Part shown: piece by piece, positions 27,926 through 36,000 of the stretch | Layout of the letters: the number at the start of each line of letters is the position of its first letter | How positions within the stretch are numbered: position 1 is the first letter of the stretch | From: an uncultured Clostridia bacterium | Lineage (GTDB): Bacteria; CAYTYR01; UBA6262 | Length of the DNA stretch: 36,000 nt | Direction of reading: 5' to 3' | Assembly: GCA_964441745.1 (NCBI GenBank) | Contig: CAYTYR010000017.1 | Span: 1-36,000 of the forward strand | The notes under the pieces: generated by a model | Told to the model about the DNA's origin: nothing | The model's input: the letters and a program-made list of their open reading frames with translations, nothing else | Database searches by the model: none | Translations under genes and position numbers: made by a program

Positions 27926-28420
27926 TTAATTTCCCTCTTCGTTTTTCCCGGTTAGTTCCTGGTTATCTTTTTCTTTTTTTAATTTTTTCAGTTCTTGCAT
28001 AAAGGTGTTAATATCCTTAAAATTGCGGTGCACGCTGGCAAACCGGATATACGCCACTTCATCCAGCTCTTTCAGCCTTTTCAGTACTTTCTGCCCGATA
28101 GCTGAGGAAGGCACTTCCATAAGGTAGTAATTATGCATTTCATATTCAATTTCGCTAATGATTTTTTCAATTTTGTCGATGCTGATGGGTCGTTTGTCAC
28201 AGGCCCTCAATAATCCGGCCCGAAGCTTTTCGCGGCTGAAAGGCTCCCGGCGGTTGTCGCTTTTAATGACCATTAAAGGTACTTCTTCCAGGCGTTCATA
28301 GGTGGTAAAACGCTTTTGGCAGGCCAGGCACTCTCGTCTTCTTCTAATGATGGAAGCTTCTTCCAGCGGGCGGGAGTCGATTACTTTATCATCAAGCGAG
28401 CCGCAAAATGGGCACTTCAA
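27926..28420 (-). CDS. nrdR: Transcriptional repressor NrdR
   Basis: [31 protein letters not shown] cone, VAYIRFASV. Confidence 0.97.
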   Translation of the reverse strand: MKCPFCGSLDDKVIDSRPLEEASIIRRRRECLACQKRFTTYERLEEVPLMVIKSDNRREPFSREKLRAGLLRACDKRPISIDKIEKIISEIEYEMHNYYLMEVPSSAIGQKVLKRLKELDEVAYIRFASVHRNFKDINTFMQELKKLKKEKDNQELTGKNEEGN

Positions 28421-28463
28421 GAGAAAGTCCTTCTTTCCTGATCACTATCACGATACACCTTAT

Positions 28464-28510
28464 ATACTATATAAAGGAGTAAAAAGAGTGTAACATACTA
28501 TATCTTGTAT
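28464..28510. promoter_or_regulatory. Tandem NrdR boxes
   Basis: atactatataaaggag (28464-28479) and atactatatcttgtat (28495-28510) resemble acaCwAtATaTwGtgt; 31-nt start-to-start spacing; directly upstream of nrdR. Confidence 0.75.
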
Positions 28511-28516
28511 TGTCAA
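28487..28516 (-). promoter_or_regulatory. Sigma70-type promoter
   Basis: TTGACA (28516-28511), 18-nt spacer, extended -10 TGtTACACT (28495-28487); an NrdR box fills the spacer. Confidence 0.7.
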
Positions 28517-28545
28517 GGAAAAAAATATAGGCAAAATTATTATTT

Positions 28546-29028
28546 TTATCCGGTTTTTAATTTCCAGTACTTATTTACTAATTTATCCGATATTTCGTAC
28601 GAAAAACCCTGCCGGAGCAGGTAATTCCTGGCCCGCCGGGAGCCCTTTTCGGCAGGAGCTTTCAGATAACTGCCTAATTTTCTCTGCAGAGCTTTTTCGG
28701 CCAAGCCCTGGTCATCCAATCCTTCTTCAGCTATTATTTTGGCAATTTTTTCTTTGGCCAGTTCCTGGGTAATACCTTTTAGTTTTAATTCTTTCAAAAG
28801 AATGCGCCGTCCGCGCGGCTTTAAGCGCAATCTTTCACGGATATATAATTCAGCAAAATTATCGTCATCAAGGTAGCGCCAGGAAACTAATTTAGCCAAT
28901 ACCTCATTGATGACTGCCTGTGAATAATCCTTTTTTTTCAATTTATCCTGCAGCTGCCGGCGGGTGTAATTTTTCCGGCCGAGCAGGTAAAGACTGTAGC
29001 GTACTGCTTTAGTAATCAATTGTTCCAT
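28546..29028 (-). CDS. recX: Regulatory protein RecX
   Basis: LYLLGRKNYT..QL..KL, YLDDDNFA, GRRILLKELKLKGI, YLLRQGFS. Confidence 0.9.
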   Translation of the reverse strand: MEQLITKAVRYSLYLLGRKNYTRRQLQDKLKKKDYSQAVINEVLAKLVSWRYLDDDNFAELYIRERLRLKPRGRRILLKELKLKGITQELAKEKIAKIIAEEGLDDQGLAEKALQRKLGSYLKAPAEKGSRRARNYLLRQGFSYEISDKLVNKYWKLKTG

Positions 29029-29735
29029 AGGAAAAGAGTTTTGTCTTTAAGAATAAGGTCCTTAAACTCGACTAGTGTTTCCCCGATCCAGATCCAGATT
29101 GACTTGCAGGTCAGCAGGCTTTCCCTGGCAAAAACAGCTACCTGAATAGTATCAGGGACCATCAGCTTTAAAATGAGAACAGCCACTATGATATTAAAAA
29201 GGGCTACTAATGTCAAGGAAAAAACACGGCCGGTTTTTTTCACGTCAGATTGTCCTAAACTAAAAGCATAGATCAGCAAAGCGATATGAAAAGAAAAGGT
29301 AAATCCCAGGGCGAAGATGATGTAGCTGAAGAATTTCCGGTCGAGGTCAAAAGCCTGCAATATAGTATAAATAATAAACACGATGAAAGTATACAGCGGG
29401 AAAAAATAAGGAGCTAAATTAATGAGAAAATTAGTCTTGGTCAGCGCCACCTTCCCGCTGGTAGCTTTAACCGTAAAATCCTTGACCCTGCCCCCGAACA
29501 TCAGGCTCCAAAGAGCATGGGTCAATTCATGGCCAAAAACATAGGTGCGCATCGGTTTAAAAAAGATAAACTGGAAGACTAAATAGCTTAAAAACCCGCC
29601 AAAAAAATAGTATTGGACGCCTCCCTGATAGTTAGTGAAAGCGCCCAATTGCGTTAAAAATGCCCTGAATGCGGCCAGGACCAGCGGCCATAACAGCAAT
29701 CCGGACAGCAATTTAATGAGCTTTTTAGTTTTCAT
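29016..29735 (-). CDS. Multi-TM membrane protein with HExxH (M50-like metallopeptidase)
   Basis: YVFGHELTHAL, LINLAPYFFP, several hydrophobic helices. Confidence 0.65.
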   Translation of the reverse strand: MKTKKLIKLLSGLLLWPLVLAAFRAFLTQLGAFTNYQGGVQYYFFGGFLSYLVFQFIFFKPMRTYVFGHELTHALWSLMFGGRVKDFTVKATSGKVALTKTNFLINLAPYFFPLYTFIVFIIYTILQAFDLDRKFFSYIIFALGFTFSFHIALLIYAFSLGQSDVKKTGRVFSLTLVALFNIIVAVLILKLMVPDTIQVAVFARESLLTCKSIWIWIGETLVEFKDLILKDKTLFLWNN

Positions 29736-29756
29736 TCCTTATTTTTTTGCCTATCA

Positions 29757-29862
29757 AGTAAGTTGTTAGGTTAGGAAGTAAGCTTGGTCTGAGGTCTATG
29801 GGTGTTAGGCTTTAAACCAATAACTTTAGACTTACTTCCATACCTACTTCTACACCCAATAC
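29757..29862. repeat. Degenerate ~6-nt-periodic palindromic tract
   Basis: taggttaggaagtaag..ggtctgaggtct..gggtgt versus agacttacttccatacctacttctacaccc; GGAAGTAAG/CTTACTTCC perfect pair. Confidence 0.55.
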
Positions 29863-29875
29863 CAAAAATCCAGTT

Positions 29876-31123
29876 CTAATATTTCAACAGTTCCTTAATT
29901 TCCTGCGCGGCAGCATTCATCTGTTTATGCAATAATTTTGTATCAAACTGTCCCTGGTTCTGGCCGATATCCATATAGATCTCGAATAGCCGGTTAACCA
30001 GCACTTCTTCTATTTTACCCCATTGACTTAAAACTGGATAATACTTGACTTGCTTCAAAATATCATTAAAAGCCACAAAGCGCGGATTAGTTAAAAAATA
30101 ATGGGTGTTAAAAGCTTTCTTGACCGCCGGTATGGCGCCGCAGGATTTAGCATAGTAGATCTGGGCTTCGACTCCAGTAAGAAAACGCAGGAATTCCCAG
30201 GCTTCTTTAGGATAAAGGGAATTTTTCATGACTCCCAGGGCGCTGCCGCCGCCAAAGGAAAAGCTCCCTTTGGGGCCAGTTGGGAAATTGGTAGCCAGGC
30301 AATGCTTGGCAATGTCAATATTATAAAAAGATTCGGTATAAGCCATGCTAAAGACATCAATGACATTAGTAACGCAAATAGAATAAGCTCCCTGGAAATA
30401 TTCAAGGGTAAGCTGGGCGCAGTCCAATCCCAGGCAATGAAGAGGAATCAACCCCTGGCTAAATAGGTTGAAGAAAAACTCCAGGCCCTTAAAAGTCGCT
30501 TCGCTATTAACTACTACTTCTTTTGTTTCTTCATTGTAGATGTCTCCACCTGCCGCCCAAACAAAGGGCATCACATTATGCAATAACTCCCCGCATTTGG
30601 CACCGCCCCCCATCCCCAGGGCTGGCACCTTTTTACCTTTTAACTCTATATTATTGATCTTGGCGCAAGTATTGACAAAACTATCCCACGTAGATAAGTC
30701 CTTTACTGATAAGTCTTTTTTTTGCATAATATCGTCGCGATAATATAACCCCCGGACATCTATGAACCAGGGTAAGGCGTATATTGCGCCGGTCTCAGGC
30801 TGGACGCAGGTTTTAAACATGTTATTATCAAAGGCTTCTGTCCCGCCGACTTCTTTTAGGATATCGTTAAGACCCAGCAAATAACCCTGCTGACCAAGAT
30901 AGCCGATCCAGGTAGAACCTATCTGCACTACATCCGGGGCCCGGTTACTTCCTTTAGCGCTTAATAACTCCTCCCAGACAGTGTTCCAGTGTTTAAGTTC
31001 AAGATTGATCTTGATCTGCGGATGATCTTTTTCAAACAAGTCCACAAAAAGAGTGATCACATCGTTCATATAGCTGTTATTACTGGAGATAAACCAAACA
31101 TTCAGGATACTGCGCTCGTTCAT
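29876..31123 (-). CDS. Sugar-type ABC solute-binding family protein lacking a signal peptide
   Basis: FEKDHPQIKINL, APDVVQIGSTW, YALPWFIDVRGLYYR, GGSALGV, EAWEFLRFL. Confidence 0.8.
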   Translation of the reverse strand: MNERSILNVWFISSNNSYMNDVITLFVDLFEKDHPQIKINLELKHWNTVWEELLSAKGSNRAPDVVQIGSTWIGYLGQQGYLLGLNDILKEVGGTEAFDNNMFKTCVQPETGAIYALPWFIDVRGLYYRDDIMQKKDLSVKDLSTWDSFVNTCAKINNIELKGKKVPALGMGGGAKCGELLHNVMPFVWAAGGDIYNEETKEVVVNSEATFKGLEFFFNLFSQGLIPLHCLGLDCAQLTLEYFQGAYSICVTNVIDVFSMAYTESFYNIDIAKHCLATNFPTGPKGSFSFGGGSALGVMKNSLYPKEAWEFLRFLTGVEAQIYYAKSCGAIPAVKKAFNTHYFLTNPRFVAFNDILKQVKYYPVLSQWGKIEEVLVNRLFEIYMDIGQNQGQFDTKLLHKQMNAAAQEIKELLKY

Positions 31124-31134
31124 GATGCCTCCGG

Positions 31135-31785
31135 TCAGGTTTTAAAGGTCAGCAGGATACCCCAGATGATTAAAAAAGTTCCGCAAACCGTGGTTAATAT
31201 TTTTTGTCCGATCTTTATCTCCCGCTTATAGCTCTCTACCATTCTGGATGATAGGACTCCCAACAGCAGGATGATGATCATGTTTCCCAAGCCAAAACAG
31301 CCGGCATAGATCATACCTTGCCAGGGAGAAGCTGCCTTAACCGCGATATACGTCAACACACCGATCAGCGGAAAACATGGAGCAAAACCAAGTAATATAC
31401 CTAGAATAAACACACTTTTATGGTTTTTGTCAATGAAATATTTTATAAATCGCCCACAAAACGGATCTGAAACATCACGGCCAAGAATAATAATCAGGCC
31501 AGTTATAATAACAATTACCGCCGCGCCAGTCCTGATCACCGCGGGTAGAAAAGAGCTGTGTTGAAATATATCCAGTAACCGGATCGACCAGCCAGCCAGC
31601 CAGCCCAAGATAAGATAAGCTGCTATTCTGCCAGCGACAAATGAAGCCGTAGCCGCTATCCCCTGCTTCTGCTCAGTAACTGTTGCTGTTAAGAGAGGAA
31701 ATAAAACCGGAGCACAAGAAAGCAGGCAAGGGCCTGCTCCATAACTGAAGCCAGTGAGAAACATCTTCAGATATTCAGCCAGCAT
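31135..31785 (-). CDS. TauE/SafE- or DsbD-like membrane protein with paired Cys motifs
   Basis: GPCLLSCAP, GRIAAY..LG, GFAPCFPL, FGLG; about 6 TM helices. Confidence 0.7.
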   Translation of the reverse strand: MLAEYLKMFLTGFSYGAGPCLLSCAPVLFPLLTATVTEQKQGIAATASFVAGRIAAYLILGWLAGWSIRLLDIFQHSSFLPAVIRTGAAVIVIITGLIIILGRDVSDPFCGRFIKYFIDKNHKSVFILGILLGFAPCFPLIGVLTYIAVKAASPWQGMIYAGCFGLGNMIIILLLGVLSSRMVESYKREIKIGQKILTTVCGTFLIIWGILLTFKT

Positions 31786-31787
31786 GT

Positions 31788-33257
31788 TTACTCACTTTCC
31801 TTAAAAACCTGGGCGCTAAAAGTGTATAATTCTGTATCTTGATCTTTCCAGGCATCTTCCGGCAATCCAGCTTTCTGGGAACATAGTTCTCTCATAAACT
31901 GTTCTTTGGTCCAGCCTGTTTCTGTCGCTACCTGTGGTAAAAATACGCCACCGCGTCCGCCTTTCCTGACAATTACACCATGAGTACCCAATATAATATC
32001 ATCTGGTTTATGTATTCGTTTCGGAACGCTCAGGACCGAGATTTCAATTTCCAGCTGGGATAATTCATCTTTAGTTACTGGCGTAAACCGCGGATCGCCG
32101 GTCGCTGCTTCGATAGCCATTTTGCTTACGGCCCGGAAAAGCTGTTCCATGGGCATGATATAACCAATACACCCGCGCAGCTGCCGGCCTTTATTCAGGG
32201 TCACGAATACTCCCCTTTTTTCTTTTAACAAAGGATCAGTTACTATAAATTCAGGCACAGTACCAGGACTAATATATGATTCTATGGTTTTCCTGGCTAT
32301 GGTTAATAGCTCCTTTTGCTGTTCTCTTGTGAGCATCCGGTCCTCCTTATTGTTCACTTTGTTTTCCCTGCAAATCACTGCTGAAGCATACCCGACAACG
32401 CGGTCCAATTCTCCAGTTACATCTCCGCTGGTAGCATATTTTAATACCTGTACTTTAGCCGGTCCTTTTAAACGGGCTACTTCCAGAGCAGTAAGCACCG
32501 CGCCCTGGCCGCAAAGTTCGCATGATCCTGCAGCCAATCCGGCGGTTAAACCTGCAAGATCCTGCTTTTCCAGCAACGCCAGCGCCAGCCTATCCATCGC
32601 CCTGGCTTTTTCTTGCGGGTAATAGTGGCTCAGATCGGTAGAAGCGATTATTAAATACTTTTTCCGCGGGTCACAATTTTTAACTATAGCCTGGGCCAGC
32701 AAGGCGCAATTAGCGAGCGTAGGATCACTCAGCAGAATAGGCACGATCTTAAAATCACGTAATGTTTTTTGCAAAAAAGGCAATTGCACTTCCAGGGAGT
32801 GTTCTGGTTGATGGGCCCGGGCGGAACAAGCGAATAGTTTATTTTCTGCGGCAATAGCTTTGGCTAGTGAAGTGTCTATCGGCACTTTCCCCAACGGGGT
32901 CTCCCAGCTGCCTGCAGGAATGATACTAGCCACATTCAGGTACTGATGATGGCTTGGGCCGATCAGAATCACCGTATCATAAGATTTATTGGCCAAGAGC
33001 TTATAGCCAGAGGCAGCGACAGGACCGCTGTAAATATACCCGGCATGCGGCACGATCAAAGCAATAATCTCTCCGGTAATGTTTTGCTCTGGTGCGGCTT
33101 TTAAATACTGGTCGATAAGCGCGCTTAGTTTGCTCGGGACAGCCGGGTAAAAAGTACCAGCGGCTGCTGGTGGCCGGCAGATTTCATTGCTCTTGCCCGT
33201 ACAACTGGTGAATAAAGTGACCAGGGCTAAAATAATAATCCGGTTTTGATATTTCAC
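31788..33257 (-). CDS. AmmeMemoRadiSam protein B (MEMO1-like) fused to protein A (AMMECR1-like)
   Basis: RPPAAAGTFYP, PHAGYIYSG, GPSH, EHSLEVQLPFLQ, STDLSHY, VVGYAS; then GVFVTL, LRGCIG, DPRF, EISVLS, FLPQVA, KAGL; GTG 33257 overlaps upstream stop (ORF track start 33299). Confidence 0.92.
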   Translation of the reverse strand: MKYQNRIIILALVTLFTSCTGKSNEICRPPAAAGTFYPAVPSKLSALIDQYLKAAPEQNITGEIIALIVPHAGYIYSGPVAASGYKLLANKSYDTVILIGPSHHQYLNVASIIPAGSWETPLGKVPIDTSLAKAIAAENKLFACSARAHQPEHSLEVQLPFLQKTLRDFKIVPILLSDPTLANCALLAQAIVKNCDPRKKYLIIASTDLSHYYPQEKARAMDRLALALLEKQDLAGLTAGLAAGSCELCGQGAVLTALEVARLKGPAKVQVLKYATSGDVTGELDRVVGYASAVICRENKVNNKEDRMLTREQQKELLTIARKTIESYISPGTVPEFIVTDPLLKEKRGVFVTLNKGRQLRGCIGYIMPMEQLFRAVSKMAIEAATGDPRFTPVTKDELSQLEIEISVLSVPKRIHKPDDIILGTHGVIVRKGGRGGVFLPQVATETGWTKEQFMRELCSQKAGLPEDAWKDQDTELYTFSAQVFKESE

Positions 33258-34384
33258 TGGCCCCACCTGCCGGCAATAACTGCGCCGCAGTACGCACATG
33301 AACCATTGGCAAGGTGCTTTTCCAGAATATTATAGCCAACCCGTTTTATGACCGTTTTCCGGCAGTGAGGGCAATAGGTATTTTCTCCGGGATGGCCAAC
33401 TACATTACCGATATAAACGTAATGCAGGCCTTCCTTGAGCGCAATCTCCCGCGCCATTTCCAGGGTTTTTATGGGGGTGGGAGATGAATTTTTTAATTGA
33501 TAGGTAGGATAAAAGCGGGAAAAATGGATGGGCACATCAGGCCCGAGATTTGCCACTATCCATTGACACATTTTACGAATATCCTCCGGCTGGTCATTTT
33601 CTTTAGGCACGATCAAGTTAGTGATTTCCAGCCAGATCCCATTTTGTTTAAGGATGACGAGTGAATCCAGAACCGGCTGGAGACGGGCGCCGCATATTCT
33701 CTGGTAATAATCTTCTCTAAATCCTTTAAGATCAATATTAGCGGCATCCAGGTATTTGCACAGTTCTTTTAATGGTTCGGGATTAATATAGCCATTAGAG
33801 TGATAAACATTTTTAATACCCCTCTTCCTGGCTAATTTGCAGAGATCCAGCATATATTCATAAAAATTGGTGGGTTCAGCATAGGTATAGGCAATTACTT
33901 GGCATTTTTCCTTGATCACCTGATTGATTATATCCCGGGGTGACAAGTTGTAATTATTTGTTTCCAGCGGGGAGACCTGTGAAATTTCCCAATTTTGGCA
34001 GAATTTGCAGCGCAGGTTACAGCCCGCGCTGGCAATGCTGAAAGCAGCAACGGCAGGATAATAGTTAAAGAAAGGTTTTTTTTCAATTGGATCGATGTGG
34101 ATAGAACAAGGAGCGCCATATCCTAAAGCCACTAAAGTGCCGGCTATATTTTTTCTGGCCCGGCAAAAACCGAGTTCTCCCCGGCCGATCAGGCACTGCC
34201 AGGGACAGAGCCGGCATTGCACCTTATTCCCCGGCAATTTATCATAATACCTGGCTTCCTGGTTGTTTAAAAGCTGGCTGGAATAGACCTGCCAGGCGGC
34301 TATACTAATGCCTAACACGATCAGAAATACTAAGAGGAGGTAACGGAATATTCTTCTTTGCTTCATTGCATTCATGATAGGCAT
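33254..34384 (-). CDS. amrS: AmmeMemoRadiSam system radical SAM enzyme
   Basis: CRLCPWQC, DPIEKKP, GCNLRCKFCQNWEISQ, ANIDLKG, HFSRFYP, YVYIGNV, C-terminal CxxC pairs. Confidence 0.92.
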   Translation of the reverse strand: MPIMNAMKQRRIFRYLLLVFLIVLGISIAAWQVYSSQLLNNQEARYYDKLPGNKVQCRLCPWQCLIGRGELGFCRARKNIAGTLVALGYGAPCSIHIDPIEKKPFFNYYPAVAAFSIASAGCNLRCKFCQNWEISQVSPLETNNYNLSPRDIINQVIKEKCQVIAYTYAEPTNFYEYMLDLCKLARKRGIKNVYHSNGYINPEPLKELCKYLDAANIDLKGFREDYYQRICGARLQPVLDSLVILKQNGIWLEITNLIVPKENDQPEDIRKMCQWIVANLGPDVPIHFSRFYPTYQLKNSSPTPIKTLEMAREIALKEGLHYVYIGNVVGHPGENTYCPHCRKTVIKRVGYNILEKHLANGSCAYCGAVIAGRWGQ

Positions 34385-34516
34385 CCATACTGTTTAAATC
34401 TTTCAGGAGTTTTCCCAATGCGCCCCTGTTAGAATATCTTATCACAAAAAGCGCGATATGAAAACTGTTTTATTGATATTCGACGCGCAAACTGCGGTCT
34501 AAAGCCATTAGTTTTT

Positions 34517-34557
34517 GCTATAGGCTATAGGCTATAGGCTATAGGCCATAAGCCATA
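34517..34557. repeat. Heptamer tandem repeat (GCTATAG)x4 plus degenerate units
   Basis: gctatag x4 then gccataa gccata. Confidence 0.85.
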
Positions 34558-34680
34558 TGCGTTGTTCTTGTAGTAATAACCAACTGTGAATTTCGCAAGT
34601 TGACAGTTGGGTTAAAGTAAGCTGAATGTCCCTGATTTTGCCACCTTCAATGCGGGTTTGAAGGTGGCACAAGTAAATGT

Positions 34681-34713
34681 GAAAAGGCTGATGAATTAAT
34701 TCCACCAGCCTCT
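34681..34713 (-). terminator. Probable intrinsic terminator after the immunity gene
   Basis: Minus strand AGGCTGGTGGAATTAATTCATCAGCCTTTT: stem followed by short U-run. Confidence 0.45.
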
Positions 34714-34753
34714 TAACTTCAAAAGGAAACTATGCAACTCCGTCACCTATAGC

Positions 34754-35053
34754 CTATACTTTTTTTATTTTTAATATTGTTTGTTCTAATTGATCTAAAA
34801 ATTCTCCTATTAATATATCTACCGATTTATAGTCTGGCCGTTCAAATATTTTCCAATCCTTATTATTTAACATATAACCAGCTTCGTCTTCATATATATA
34901 AATATCAATAACAGAATCAACCAAACTAATTTTCGCATGATAATATAATTCATCTCTTCCTTCTTGAGTAAAACTAATATCATCTTTGAAATATTTAATG
35001 AGCAAATTCTTACATTTTTCAATAACTATTTCTTGAAATCTTGTTTTATTCAT
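34754..35053 (-). CDS. Putative immunity protein of the RHS toxin
   Basis: Small, AT-rich, acidic/aromatic protein; TAATG-coupled to the toxin stop (ATG 35053; ORF track start 35074). Confidence 0.65.
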   Translation of the reverse strand: MNKTRFQEIVIEKCKNLLIKYFKDDISFTQEGRDELYYHAKISLVDSVIDIYIYEDEAGYMLNNKDWKIFERPDYKSVDILIGEFLDQLEQTILKIKKV

Positions 35054-35931
35054 TATAGAGACCCGCCCTTCCACAAATCTATGTGTGCTTTCCCGGTAAA
35101 CCTCTCAAGCCATTTCCCAGCTATTCTAAATACCCGCTCCCCACCTTTTCTTCCTACTCCTATTCTTAAATATTCATTTGAATTTACTAAACCACCTTTA
35201 CCAAATAAAGCCCCTGGTGTTGCTTTTAAAGCTCCCGCGAATCCCATTGATGCAGTATCTATCATCAAGTCACCAATCCAACTTGATTGTAGCGCTTCAT
35301 TATTAACTGAAGGCACCCTCCAGTAATCGCCACCCCCATCCATTATTATACTGCTTTGAGAAGCACTGGCATACATCGGGAATTGACTTATATCAAGACT
35401 ATTAGCAGCTGCTTCAGTATACATCTTAGCTAATTCGTGGGCTCTTTGCGAACTTTGATACGCATTCATTCCCTGCTGTATCCCCCATATCACTCCCGCA
35501 GTAGCCGCACCCATAGATGCGCCTTGATAAGCGGCTTCCCAAGCGTTTGCTCCGCTTTGGCCGCTCATGATGGCCACGGCTCCGCCAGAAGCAAAACCAG
35601 CTCCAGCTCCTTGCGCTAATGTGCCAAAGAAACCATTCCCTACTCCGGCGCCTATGCCCTGAGCCACTCCTTGGCCTATACCGGAAGAGATCAAGCCAAT
35701 CGTGCCCGCATTCATGGCATCATCTAAGTGTCCGCCTTGTAAGCCAGCCTGCGCCATACTGCTGCCAGCGGCAAACATCATTGCCGCTCCAGGAGAAAAT
35801 CCGGCAAACATAGAGGCATAGCTTGCTACTTGCAAGGTAGATACCAGAAAATTATCCAGTCGCCAATGACCTGAGGGATCAACATAAATCAGTGGGTTGT
35901 TTCTACAATAAGCATAACGATTAAGGGATTG
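35053..35931 (-). pseudogene. Orphan RHS C-terminal module: core end, Gly/Ala-rich linker, toxin tip
   Basis: In frame upstream of ORF 35053-35835: QSLNRYAYCRNNPLIYVDPSGH (RHS core signature); in-frame TAA at 35976-35974 and no ATG before the core. Confidence 0.85.
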
Positions 35932-36000
35932 TTTTTGAGGGACGTTTTTGAGGGACGGAGTTAAGAAGTCAACTTAAAACCTTTTGCTTTTACCAGACTC

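Noticed and set aside
34480-34530. GACGCGCAAACTGCGGTCTAAAGCC resembles part of a c-di-GMP-I riboswitch
   Set aside because: It is on the strand opposite the downstream gene and lacks the GGCAAAC...GAAA first stem
6118-34557. Repeats as a CRISPR array
   Set aside because: No constant repeat with regular unique spacers and no cas genes
104-35813. All plus-strand ORFs and short nested minus-strand ORFs in the track
   Set aside because: They are antisense or out-of-frame shadows of well-supported genes and have no recognisable motifs

Overview
Bacterial chromosomal window, probably from an anaerobe (class III ribonucleotide reductase; taxon not determinable here). Every credible gene is on the minus strand. 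About 28 kb is one co-oriented nucleotide-metabolism supercluster, in transcription order: nrdR, thioredoxin-like, nrdG, nrdD, dut, guaB-like, guaA, purC, tandem-purS, purL, purQ, purF, purD, purE, pyrR, pyrB, pyrC, pyrK, pyrD, pyrF, pyrE (partial). A sigma70-like promoter with two NrdR boxes heads it. Three visibly AT-rich restriction-modification cassettes interrupt it: MjaI-like REase + MTase fused to a degenerate thermonuclease domain; BglII/BstYI-like REase + MTase + DUF2321; and Dcm + putative REase + Vsr. Upstream lie recX, an HExxH membrane protein, a leaderless solute-binding protein, a TauE/DsbD-like membrane protein, an AmmeMemoRadiSam locus and an orphan RHS toxin-immunity module. 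The most unusual signal is non-coding. Most longer spacers, and several loops inside purQ/purL, carry degenerate 6-8-nt tandem-repeat palindromes or 150-165-bp MITE-like palindromes. Three 'CCTG + hairpin' REP-like mini-elements are nested inside these repeat tracts, one of them in frame in purL. A synonymously recoded duplicate of the purC 5' end borders one R-M cassette, and inverted GGGACGGAGTT-type motifs bracket the orphan RHS cassette. Family names come from motif recognition only; no database search was run.
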